A stretch of DNA of 61,859 nt, from the IMG/VR virus record IMGVR_UViG_3300037424_001336, positions 1 to 61,859 of that record, one strand, 5' to 3'. Shown in pieces: positions 16,870-24,693 of this stretch (the first letter of the stretch is position 1; each line of letters opens with the position of its first letter). Below the pieces are notes generated by a model, which worked only from the letters and a program-made list of their open reading frames with translations, was not told the DNA's origin and ran no database searches. The stretch comes from a virus (Duplodnaviria > Caudoviricetes). A program made the position numbers and the translations under genes.

Positions 16870-17386
16870 CAACAATCGCCCAATCCTTTGTGGGTGGGAC
16901 GGGGAGGCTTTTTTCCCAGCGAGTCCGTTCTGGGCCAAGGCGGCGGATAAACAATTTGTTGTCGGCGAGATATACCCCATCGAGGTCCATCAGGAGCGGT
17001 CGGCAAAAAGTCATCGTCACTACTTCGCCGCCGTGGCAGAGGCGCACGCCAACCTTCCGGAATATTATTTAGAGCGCTTCTCCAGCCCAGAGGCCCTTCG
17101 TAAGTTCGCGCTGATCAAGGCCGGCTACCGGGACGAGCGCTCCATCGTCTGCGCATCGAAGGCCGAAGCCCAGCGCCTCGCCGCCTTCATCCGGCCGATG
17201 GATGACTTCTGCATCGTTACCGTCTCGGAGGCGGTTGTTGTGGCCTACACCGCCAAGAGCCAAAGCCTGCGCGCCATGGGCAAGAAAGATTTCCAGGCCA
17301 GCAAGACCGCCGTCCTCGACATCGTGTCGCAATTGGTCGGCGTCACGGCGACGGAGTTGCAGGTCAACGCCGGCCAGGCGGCATAG
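16862..17386 (+). CDS. NinB/YbcN-like phage protein
   Basis: ERSAKSHRHYFA...SQS..AMGKKDF. Confidence 0.6.
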   Translation: MADNNRPILCGWDGEAFFPASPFWAKAADKQFVVGEIYPIEVHQERSAKSHRHYFAAVAEAHANLPEYYLERFSSPEALRKFALIKAGYRDERSIVCASKAEAQRLAAFIRPMDDFCIVTVSEAVVVAYTAKSQSLRAMGKKDFQASKTAVLDIVSQLVGVTATELQVNAGQAA

Positions 17387-17416
17387 GGAGCCCTGCGGGG
17401 CCAGAGGAGAAACGAC

Positions 17417-17827
17417 ATGAAGAAGATTTTTGTGGTGGCTTTCGCGGTCCTTACTTTGGCCGCGTGCGAAAAGGACGCCGATGTTGCTTCGCGCAACCTC
17501 TCGCAGGCGGCCGACATGTTCGAGATCGACCGCCGGATCGTTTTCTACAACGGCATCACCGGGGCCTACATTCTCGAAATCATCGGGCGATGCTCGCTGG
17601 GGAACAGCGACACGGCGGGGCGGCTGTCCGTCACCTGCAAGACCGGGCCAAGCGCCTACAAGAAGCATTTCCTCGGCCTGTCCGACAACGTGACGTTCTT
17701 CGCCGAGCAGATCCAGACGGCGGACGTGAGCGCCTACCATTACCGCGTCGTCTTCAAGCCGCAGGTGATCGTGCCCGAGGTTGACCTTCGGGGCAGCGCC
17801 TCTGAGTTGACGCGCGACCGGCACTAG
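17417..17827 (+). CDS. Conserved phage lipoprotein
   Basis: Signal peptide with lipobox LAAC; DADVASRNLS..AD.FEIDRRIVFYNGIT. Confidence 0.85.
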   Translation: MKKIFVVAFAVLTLAACEKDADVASRNLSQAADMFEIDRRIVFYNGITGAYILEIIGRCSLGNSDTAGRLSVTCKTGPSAYKKHFLGLSDNVTFFAEQIQTADVSAYHYRVVFKPQVIVPEVDLRGSASELTRDRH

Positions 17828-17851
17828 GCCTCGCCCCGAAATCAGGAGAAG

Positions 17852-19105
17852 ATGATGGCCGACAAGACCAAGATCGAATGGACGCAGCGCCCCGGCACGG
17901 TCGGCGCAACCTGGAACCCGATCCGCGCCCGCAACAAGGAGACCGGCGGCGTCGGCCATTTCTGCATCAAGGTCGGAGTTGGCTGCGTTCACTGCTATGC
18001 CGAGCGGTTGCAGAAGCGGTTCCGCAACCAAATCCGATATGCGGCCCAGGATGTCAACCAAGTCGACATCTTCCTCGACGAGAATGTCCTGACCCAGCCG
18101 CTCCGCTGGCGCCAGCCTCACACGGTGTTCCCCTGCTCGATGACCGACCTGTTCGGGCCGTGGGTCACCGACGAAATGCTGGACCGCATCTTCGCCGTGA
18201 TGGCCCTGACCCCGCAGCACACCTACCTGCCGTTGACCAAGCGGCCGGCGCGGATGCGGGAGTACATGACGACGCCGCACGGGCCGAGATGCACAACCAT
18301 TCTTGACGACGGATCGGAGATCCCAACGCCCGCCGCCCATATTCGGGTGCATGCCGCGATGTGCGACATGTTCAAGGACGCCCCTGCCCGCGCGCTCAAC
18401 GACGCCGTCGATTGGCAGGATAAGCATTATCCCGGCGGCGACGGGTTCATCCGTAGGTGGCCCCTGCCGAACGTGTGGTGTGGCACCAGCGTCTCCACCC
18501 AGGCCGACGCCGACGCGCACATCCCCGATCTGCTGGCCACGCCGGCGGCGGTGCGGTTTCTGTCGGCCGAGCCGCTGCTGGGGCCGGTGGATTTTCTAAG
18601 CCCCATCCGCGACATCTTCGTTGGCGCCGGGTATGGAGTTGAGTCCCGCCAGGAATTCGCAGAAGCCGCGCTGGCAAAGTTCTGGGTAATAGCCGGGGGA
18701 GAATCTGGCCCCGGTGCCCGACCGATGCACCCGGATTGGGCGCGATCCATGCGTGACCGGTGCCAGGCGGCCGGCGTGCCGTTCTTTTTCAAGCAGTGGG
18801 GCGAATGGCTGATCGGCGAGCCATCCACCAAGCCAGACGATGACGGGAACGTGTTCGGGCTGCCAATCTCTTTCCAGGACAGCGGCGAGTTCGACGTCAA
18901 CTCCGACGGTGAGGATATCGTTTTCGCCGCGGCCGTCGATGAGAAGGAAGGGCCAAGGCCCATCTGGCGCGAATATCACGGCTGGCAGGGGCACCTCATT
19001 AAGCGCGTCGGCAAGAAGGCCGCCGGCGCCCTCCTCGACGGCCGCGAGCATAAGGAGTGGCCGCAGGTGTCCGACCAGCGGACGAATGGAGGCGACGATG
19101 CGTGA
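17852..19105 (+). CDS. DUF5131 (Gp37/Gp68) radical-SAM-like protein
   Basis: TKIEWT...WNP...CIKVGVGCVHCYAE, SMTDLF, LTKRP, FLSAEPLLG, GGESG and FFFKQWGE. Confidence 0.92.
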   Translation: MMADKTKIEWTQRPGTVGATWNPIRARNKETGGVGHFCIKVGVGCVHCYAERLQKRFRNQIRYAAQDVNQVDIFLDENVLTQPLRWRQPHTVFPCSMTDLFGPWVTDEMLDRIFAVMALTPQHTYLPLTKRPARMREYMTTPHGPRCTTILDDGSEIPTPAAHIRVHAAMCDMFKDAPARALNDAVDWQDKHYPGGDGFIRRWPLPNVWCGTSVSTQADADAHIPDLLATPAAVRFLSAEPLLGPVDFLSPIRDIFVGAGYGVESRQEFAEAALAKFWVIAGGESGPGARPMHPDWARSMRDRCQAAGVPFFFKQWGEWLIGEPSTKPDDDGNVFGLPISFQDSGEFDVNSDGEDIVFAAAVDEKEGPRPIWREYHGWQGHLIKRVGKKAAGALLDGREHKEWPQVSDQRTNGGDDA

Positions 19106-19274
19106 ACTAACCGATTTTGAGTTAGCCGTGCTTATCGAATGCTGTCGGAATTACACAGCTTCCACGTCATCCCTACGCAAAGGTAAGGCCCAGGTCCGTA
19201 TCAGCCAAAAGGCTGAGGATGAAAGAAGGCGAAGGTTGTGGCTGTCCCCGCAACGGACGGAGAAACAGCCATGA
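19098..19274 (+). CDS. Hypothetical protein
   Basis: GGAGG RBS, MRELTDFELAVL. Confidence 0.55.
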   Translation: MRELTDFELAVLIECCRNYTASTSSLRKGKAQVRISQKAEDERRRRLWLSPQRTEKQP

Positions 19275-19435
19275 TGGTTGTCGTTCCCCTCACCACGACA
19301 GACGATGGGCGCTGGATTGCGGTTTACCGCTTCCCGGTAGCCGTGTCGGAGTGGACAGCCGTAGTCGGCGATAAGGCTGTCTTTATTGATTACGAGGAAG
19401 CGCCACCGCAACGAGCGGAGAAAGCCAATGGCTGA
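19271..19435 (+). CDS. Hypothetical protein
   Basis: ATGA coupling. Confidence 0.55.
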   Translation: MMVVVPLTTTDDGRWIAVYRFPVAVSEWTAVVGDKAVFIDYEEAPPQRAEKANG

Positions 19436-19805
19436 ATACACCTGCCCCGAATGCGGCACCCGCAACACCTGGGAAGACGGCACGATCATGCCGTGCTGTT
19501 CTGTCCCGGTGTTGCACTCCCGGATTGCCAGCCTTGAGGCGGCCCTGATCGACGCCCGCGACACCTTCGCTGGAGACGAAAATGACGACAGATATTGGGC
19601 GTGGTTCAACCGGCACGAGGACGGCGCATTCAAGGGCCTGTCCCCGCAACGGCTGGAAGTGCGGTCCTGCGACACGTGCCGACATGTCACGGGTAGCCCA
19701 GCCTTCCCAGACTGCGACCACCCGAGCGGCGATGCATGCGAGGGCCATGAGAAGTGGGAACCGATGCTGTCCGCCCAGCGGCCGAAGGAAGGAGAAGACC
19801 AATGA
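19428..19805 (+). CDS. Cys-rich hypothetical protein
   Basis: CPEC...CC...CDTC...C...C. Confidence 0.65.
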   Translation: MAEYTCPECGTRNTWEDGTIMPCCSVPVLHSRIASLEAALIDARDTFAGDENDDRYWAWFNRHEDGAFKGLSPQRLEVRSCDTCRHVTGSPAFPDCDHPSGDACEGHEKWEPMLSAQRPKEGEDQ

Positions 19806-19891
19806 CCGTTTATGTCGACGATATGCGGGCGCCGTTCCGCCGGATGATCATGTGCCACATGACCGCCGACACAATGAAGTCTGTCCGATAG
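19802..19891 (+). pseudogene. Truncated DUF4031-like gene
   Basis: MTVYVDDMRAPFRRMIMCHMTADT matches the DUF4031 N-terminus and stops after 29 aa at a family A linker. Confidence 0.6.
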
Positions 19892-19919
19892 CGAGCCCCA
19901 CAGGGGCAAGGAGAGAACG

Positions 19920-20144
19920 ATGAGTGACCTTCGTAAAGACATCGAAAGCGCGATCAATAAATCCAGTGCGGAGAACGGCAGCAACACGCCCGACTTCATC
20001 CTGGCTGAGTTCATGGTGGCGTGCCTGGCCGCGTTCGACGCGGGCGTGAAAGGGCGCGAGACGTGGTATGGCCGGGACGACGGAAGCCCCTTCAACTACG
20101 CGAGGGATATGAGCCCGGAAGCCAACGCCACACCCCCTTACTGA
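19920..20144 (+). CDS. Conserved small phage protein
   Basis: IN..SAENGSNTPDFILAEF...RETWY; AAGGAG RBS. Confidence 0.75.
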   Translation: MSDLRKDIESAINKSSAENGSNTPDFILAEFMVACLAAFDAGVKGRETWYGRDDGSPFNYARDMSPEANATPPY

Positions 20145-20176
20145 TAGGTAGCCCCTCTGGGCTGAAGGGAACGACT

Positions 20177-20434
20177 ATGAAATTTTACCGCGGGACCATT
20201 GTGGGGGCCGCCCCGAATTCATGGTTTACGCCCGACGGGAGACGGCACGACCGCAGCAAACCATCGTTTGTTCTTGGCCTGACAATTTGGGCGTTTGATC
20301 ACTCTGGCGGCGCCCATACCATCTTCGGGATTAAGACGCGCAAATGGTCATTACGGTTTTGTCGGGCTTTCGGAGTTGTCTCGGAAGGTCACGATGTTGG
20401 GTGGTCTTTCGTGCGTCGGCACGCAGGGCCGTAG
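20177..20434 (+). CDS. Hypothetical protein
   Basis: Follows a family A linker and RBS. Confidence 0.55.
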   Translation: MKFYRGTIVGAAPNSWFTPDGRRHDRSKPSFVLGLTIWAFDHSGGAHTIFGIKTRKWSLRFCRAFGVVSEGHDVGWSFVRRHAGP

Positions 20435-20496
20435 AGAAGGATTTGAACGATGCAAACAGCCGCCCTTATTTGGCTGAAAAGGAGCAGGTATCATCC

Positions 20497-20724
20497 ATGA
20501 ACGAAGATCAAGAGAAGGCCGCCAGGGCGTTGGAACGGGCGCTCAAGAAGTGCGCCGCTGCTAACCTTGGGGTCTATGTTTATGACGGCAGCGTGCAGGT
20601 ATGTCCGCAGCCGGCCGGGCGGCATAACCCGGAGTGGGACCACCATCCGTCGCGTGTCTGTGATGAAATCGGCGAGTCGCTGCACGTGCCGAATTTGGAC
20701 TGTGACGGCGGCGCTGGCTGCTGA
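20497..20724 (+). CDS. Hypothetical protein
   Basis: AAGGAG RBS; ends DCDGGAGC. Confidence 0.65.
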   Translation: MNEDQEKAARALERALKKCAAANLGVYVYDGSVQVCPQPAGRHNPEWDHHPSRVCDEIGESLHVPNLDCDGGAGC

Positions 20725-20750
20725 CCGTCTCGAAATCAGGAGGATTTGAG

Positions 20751-21068
20751 ATGACAAAGCTTTATGCGGCAGGTGAGGCCATGCACACGTCAAAGGAGTT
20801 GCTGGACAGGTACGGAAGGGCAGAATTGGGTATCGACGGGAACGCTGCGTTTGCCCTTCTCGGTCCCGATCTGCAAGAGGGCGAAGCCGAGTTTGTCACG
20901 CTTCCCTCGGAAACAGGGGAATCCGGGGATGGCTCTTTTGTCGTCCCCACCGGAGACGACGCCGCAAAGTTGAGGGCCTGCAAGATCGCACTAAAGCACC
21001 TGTGCGCGCGGCTAGGTGTCGATGCGCTGCCGTATTACTTCGGCCCCAGCCACCCCTACGGCCGATGA
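20751..21068 (+). CDS. Hypothetical protein
   Basis: AGGAGG RBS; DGNAAFALLGPDLQEG. Confidence 0.7.
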   Translation: MTKLYAAGEAMHTSKELLDRYGRAELGIDGNAAFALLGPDLQEGEAEFVTLPSETGESGDGSFVVPTGDDAAKLRACKIALKHLCARLGVDALPYYFGPSHPYGR

Positions 21069-21113
21069 GGAGGGTTTTTCCCCGGACGGGGAAGAACTGA
21101 AATAGAGGCCACC

Positions 21114-21374
21114 ATGGACGAGAAAAAAACCATTACCCAGCACGCCGCCGATCATCTGCGAGAAATCGGAAAGACGGGCATTATGTGGGGCGACGTGTGC
21201 TTGGCGCATGAAATAGCAACACGAGCGGGCATGAAGCATGAGGGGTGGCGGACACCCCCAAAGATCCTTCGTGCGCTCGAAGGCTCCCCTCTATTCAAAA
21301 AAAGCCTTGAGCGCGTTCGTGTTGACGGCCGCTATAGGCTAGTCAGGTGTTTCGATTTGATGAGTCCCGTTTAG
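21114..21374 (+). CDS. Hypothetical protein, possible winged helix
   Basis: GAGG RBS; in array. Confidence 0.65.
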   Translation: MDEKKTITQHAADHLREIGKTGIMWGDVCLAHEIATRAGMKHEGWRTPPKILRALEGSPLFKKSLERVRVDGRYRLVRCFDLMSPV

Positions 21375-21386
21375 GAGGATTGGACT

Positions 21387-21575
21387 ACGCCAAAGTTTCG
21401 ATACCGCCATCCGCAGCATTGCCCCGAATGGACGGAACTCGACTGGCCGCGCGACGGGCCGGACGTAGAAGATGACATCGCCGCCAACATCGCCGAGAAC
21501 TTTGCCTACGATGAGTCCGATGAGACAGAAGACTCGATTGTCGCCGACGACATTGAAGTTGAGCGCGTCCCGTAA
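21387..21575 (+). CDS. Highly acidic 62-aa protein with an ACG start (not in the ORF track)
   Basis: AGGAGG RBS, then ACG CCA AAG...; fills the gap between two linkers exactly. Confidence 0.5.
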   Translation, partial: TPKFRYRHPQHCPEWTELDWPRDGPDVEDDIAANIAENFAYDESDETEDSIVADDIEVERVP

Positions 21576-21588
21576 TCAGGAGGTAGCC

Positions 21589-21789
21589 GTGAAAAAAATA
21601 AGTTTTACGTTTGGGGTGCTGTCGGAGCCCCTGAAACAGCAGATACCAAACCTTAAAGATGACGGAGGCCACTTACAAAAAGATGCCGATGCAATCTCGC
21701 GCCTTTCAGTTCGAGGCATGCTGACGGAAAAGGAAACGAAACGTGCGCGAGACAGACTGGCGAAGCACATCTTTAAAGCCGTGCTCTGA
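21589..21789 (+). CDS. Hypothetical protein
   Basis: AGGAGG RBS and GTG start; LQKDADAISRLSVRGMLT. Confidence 0.7.
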   Translation: MKKISFTFGVLSEPLKQQIPNLKDDGGHLQKDADAISRLSVRGMLTEKETKRARDRLAKHIFKAVL

Positions 21790-21802
21790 ACCGAGGATTG
21801 TT

Positions 21803-22027
21803 ATGACTTTGAAAGCTATAGCCGAAATCAAGGTTCATCCGATGTTCGCGCCGTTCATGGGTCGCCATGCACAGCGCGCGGCGGATGCGTTGAACGGATA
21901 CCTGGACGCCTGCCCGACGATTGACGAGAAGCTGGGTGCACTCGGTGTGCTCGCTCAGGTTCTCTTGGCCCATGGCGATGCGCTCCAGGCCATGCAGCTT
22001 GAACGACAGACTGCCGGCAACGGCTGA
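21803..22027 (+). CDS. Hypothetical protein
   Basis: GAGG RBS. Confidence 0.6.
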   Translation: MTLKAIAEIKVHPMFAPFMGRHAQRAADALNGYLDACPTIDEKLGALGVLAQVLLAHGDALQAMQLERQTAGNG

Positions 22028-22040
22028 AAAGGAGGATCGA

Positions 22041-22166
22041 ATGTACGGACCAAGTGATAGCGAGTGGCGGTGGATGATCGTGATTTTCGTGGTCATCGTT
22101 GCCGTCGGGACGGTCGGCCTTTGGGAGGCTGGCTCGTGGCTCTTCGGGCATCTGGTGTGGTCATGA
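22041..22166 (+). CDS. Small membrane protein
   Basis: AGGAGG RBS; WMIVIFVVIVAVGTVGLW. Confidence 0.6.
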   Translation: MYGPSDSEWRWMIVIFVVIVAVGTVGLWEAGSWLFGHLVWS

Positions 22167-22354
22167 GCGACACATGTCCGATGGACGGCGCGGTTCTTGA
22201 CACCGGGATGGTCTGCCCGAAGTGCGGGCGTGCCTGGAAGTGGAAAGACCTCGCCGGAGAGAGGTATATCGTCAGCGAGCCGCGCCGCGTTCAGATCGTC
22301 GCGCCGCTGGTCGAGGGTGCGCTCCTGGACGACTGCATCAAGCCGACCGAATAG
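22163..22354 (+). CDS. Small Zn-ribbon protein
   Basis: CPMD...CPKC; ATGA coupling. Confidence 0.6.
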   Translation: MSDTCPMDGAVLDTGMVCPKCGRAWKWKDLAGERYIVSEPRRVQIVAPLVEGALLDDCIKPTE

Positions 22355-22382
22355 GAGCCCCACGGGGGCAAGGAGAGATAGT

Positions 22383-22898
22383 ATGGGAAGCAAGACAAAG
22401 TATTTTCTGGCTGGTGGGAAAACGCTTGAGGCGGCCCGCGACATTCAGGCGAAGATCGCCGCTCGCCACAAAGAATGGAGGGCTCTGGCCGACGAGGTCG
22501 GCGCGGAAGAAGTTGTCACCCGCTACGCCGTCGATGGCTTCACCTTCGTCGGAAATCCGCCTGAGGGGTGGGCAGGGGGCCGCATGACCGACGGCAAGCC
22601 CTTCTTTTACCCGCACAAGCGCGGCAAGGCGAACAAGGAACTTCGGGCGAAGATGGCCGCCCTTCGGAAGATCGGCGCCCGTGATTTCGAGGCAGCCATC
22701 GGGTGCGACAAGGGCTTCATGGATTTGACTGGGTTCGGGATCACCATCAGGTGCGTCGGCTTCGAGGCCATCGGCGACAAGATCATCATTCACGTTCCCG
22801 ACATTGAAGGCACTGACTACACGCCGCCTGATAGCGAGCCCGTGCGGCAATCCGAATACTGGGCCATGAGGGAAGCGGCTGACGCAAAGGCCGCGTGA
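22383..22898 (+). CDS. Hypothetical phage protein
   Basis: AAGGAG RBS within a family A linker. Confidence 0.75.
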   Translation: MGSKTKYFLAGGKTLEAARDIQAKIAARHKEWRALADEVGAEEVVTRYAVDGFTFVGNPPEGWAGGRMTDGKPFFYPHKRGKANKELRAKMAALRKIGARDFEAAIGCDKGFMDLTGFGITIRCVGFEAIGDKIIIHVPDIEGTDYTPPDSEPVRQSEYWAMREAADAKAA

Positions 22899-22918
22899 CC
22901 GTTTAGGAGGATTTGAAC

Positions 22919-23227
22919 ATGAAGATGGATAGAAACTGCAACGCCGACGGCAAGGGGAAATACGCCGTCGTTCGGCTACGCGGCGAATTGTCGGCCGAAG
23001 ATATGGCGGCGCTCGCACAGCTTGAGAAAAGCGGGCGGCTGGATTGGGGAATGGTCGGGCAGCCTGACGAGTTTTTCTTGATCCGGCTGAAGGACCGCTT
23101 CGCCCAGGATGCTCTCGACGGATATGCAAACGCCGCCGAGTTCGCCGACCCGGAATGGGCCGCAGAGGTACGTGCTCTCGCGCGCCGCGCAGGCCCGGCA
23201 CACCCGGAATGCAAGTTTCCAGACTGA
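22919..23227 (+). CDS. Conserved small phage protein
   Basis: GKY...EFFLIRLKDRFAQDALDGYA...CKFPD. Confidence 0.75.
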   Translation: MKMDRNCNADGKGKYAVVRLRGELSAEDMAALAQLEKSGRLDWGMVGQPDEFFLIRLKDRFAQDALDGYANAAEFADPEWAAEVRALARRAGPAHPECKFPD

Positions 23228-23246
23228 CCGTAAAGGAGGATTTACA

Positions 23247-23429
23247 ATGGCGATGACCGTCAGGCAGTTGATCAAGGAGTTGCAGAAGTGGCCGCCGAAT
23301 TGGACGGTCGCAACTGCCTTTGACGATAATAGTGCCGATGAGATCCAGTGGTTTTTCAATTCGGCTTCTGAATTGGAAGATGGACCACGCAAGGACGAAC
23401 ACGGCCCGACCGTTGTGCTTCGGCCGTAG
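23247..23429 (+). CDS. Hypothetical protein
   Basis: MTVRQLIKELQKWPPN, a common phage N-terminus; AGGAGG RBS. Confidence 0.7.
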   Translation: MAMTVRQLIKELQKWPPNWTVATAFDDNSADEIQWFFNSASELEDGPRKDEHGPTVVLRP

Positions 23430-23440
23430 AGGAGCCGCTT

Positions 23441-23830
23441 ATGAAGCAACGTTGCGACGGCAGTTGGAGGGTTGGGTGCACAGCGGCGGGAGCGTCTCGG
23501 TTCGTCATTTTCCTAGGACAGTGGGTTGTGAAGCTACCGTCGTTTTATTCATGGAGGAATTTCCTGTGGGGTCTCCTCGCTAACATGCAAGAAGCCAGTT
23601 TAGGGCGCTCGACGCTGACCGGGTTTTGCCCCGTCGTGTTTGCGTTGCCTGGTGGATTCCTGAATGTGATGCCATATGCGAGGCCGCTAACTGCCGAAGA
23701 TGCGGAGCAAATCAGGTTCGACTTCGTGACGTGGACCAACCGTGAGTCGCACATCATCCCCGTCGAGCACAAATTGGACAGCGTCGGATGGTATCGTGGA
23801 GAAATCGTCGCCATTGATTACGGCGACTGA
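23441..23830 (+). CDS. Minimal protein-kinase-like protein
   Basis: GASRFV...VVKLP...ANMQE...VMPY...EHKLDSVG...IVAIDYG in kinase motif order. Confidence 0.55.
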   Translation: MKQRCDGSWRVGCTAAGASRFVIFLGQWVVKLPSFYSWRNFLWGLLANMQEASLGRSTLTGFCPVVFALPGGFLNVMPYARPLTAEDAEQIRFDFVTWTNRESHIIPVEHKLDSVGWYRGEIVAIDYGD

Positions 23831-23853
23831 TCGTTCTGGAGCAGAGGAAGAAC

Positions 23854-24045
23854 ATGCTAAGACTGATTATCAAATGCACAGACCAGGGGTTTGCCTGCAA
23901 CATCGGAGGCCCCGGCACCGTCCCGGACATTTCCATGAAAACGTTCGATGTGGACCTGCCCGAGGTCGAGAAGTTTCTCCGACCTGGGAAAGCCTATCCC
24001 TTTGTCATGAGGGAAGTTATCGGTGTCGAAGTTATCGACCGATAG
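23854..24045 (+). CDS. Hypothetical protein
   Basis: GAGG RBS. Confidence 0.6.
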   Translation: MLRLIIKCTDQGFACNIGGPGTVPDISMKTFDVDLPEVEKFLRPGKAYPFVMREVIGVEVIDR

Positions 24046-24100
24046 GGAGCCCTGACCGCCCATGTCCTGGCCCCAATACATGAAGCGCGAGAGGTAACCA

Positions 24101-24349
24101 ATGCGCGTGATGACCCTCAAGGAAGCCCATGCCTTTGTGACGGCGGATCCGCCCGAGGGGCTGGGCATGAGAATCGAGTTCCGCACTTTCGAGGCGCGAG
24201 CCGAACCGCGGGCCGACGGCAAACGCCGGCTGCCCTTCTTCAAGGAGCCCGGCGGTGGCAAGAACGCGCGCCTGCTCGTTACCGACGAAGCGCTGCGGGA
24301 ATTTTACCAGCGGCTGTCCGACGACGCGCTGCGAGATGTGGCGGCATGA
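24101..24349 (+). CDS. Excisionase-like protein
   Basis: MTLKEAH...LPFFK..GG...LLVTDEALREF wHTH-like pattern; last early gene, immediately next to attP. Confidence 0.55.
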   Translation: MRVMTLKEAHAFVTADPPEGLGMRIEFRTFEARAEPRADGKRRLPFFKEPGGGKNARLLVTDEALREFYQRLSDDALRDVAA

Positions 24350-24351
24350 AT

Positions 24352-24626
24352 TCTTGCATTTCTCTTGCAAGGAGAGGCTCGCCGACCACCGGAAACGGTG
24401 GGAGACGGTGGGCGTTCCCGGTGCAAGAACGGATGCAAGAGGAACCGATTTTTTTGAGGAAATCCCTGGGCTTCATGCCAGGAGTGGCGGTTTCCTTAGT
24501 GGTCGGGGCGACTGGATTCGAACCAGCGACCCTCTGCTCCCAAAGCAGGGGGTCACTTACCCCTAACCATTTGAAACCTAAACGTTTGTTCCACGTGAAA
24601 CCCGGCTTTATTGCAAATCTCTTGCA
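24352..24626. other. attP with a tRNA-Pro(TGG) 3' core and arm-type repeats
   Basis: Core 24500-24548 (minus strand) is CTGCTTTGGGAGCAGAGGGTCGCTGGTTCGAATCCAGTCGCCCCGACCA. TCTTGCA pairs lie at 24352/24363, 24422/24434 (inverted) and 24609 (TATTGCA)/24620. Confidence 0.85.
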
Positions 24627-24693
24627 TCGAGGGTCGGATTCTGGGGTTAAGATAGCGATCGGCGCTGGCCGATGGAAGGGCTAAAGGCACAGA

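Larger units (their letters stand above)
17384..24060 (+). repeat. Two families of conserved intergenic linkers in the small-gene array
   Basis: Family A, TAG-x-GAGCCC..GGGGC..GGAGA, at 17384, 19889, 20145, 22352 and 24043 (partial). Family B, (TGA)CCGT..AGGAGGATT, at 20722, 21367, 22896 and 23225, with a variant at 21570. Confidence 0.7.

Noticed and set aside
17384-24060. Linker repeats as a CRISPR array or integron attC sites
   Set aside because: Repeats are degenerate and irregularly spaced by whole genes, lack attC RYYYAAC/GTTRRRY ends, and there is no cas or intI gene.
1317-24349. Many early proteins end in -AA, resembling a ClpXP degron
   Set aside because: Largely explained by GGAGGCCGCGTGA-type RBS/stop overlaps; cannot be separated from selection for degrons by sequence alone.
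24500-24548. Possible third tRNA gene
   Set aside because: Only the 3' half is present, with no D arm or 5' acceptor strand; it is the attP core.
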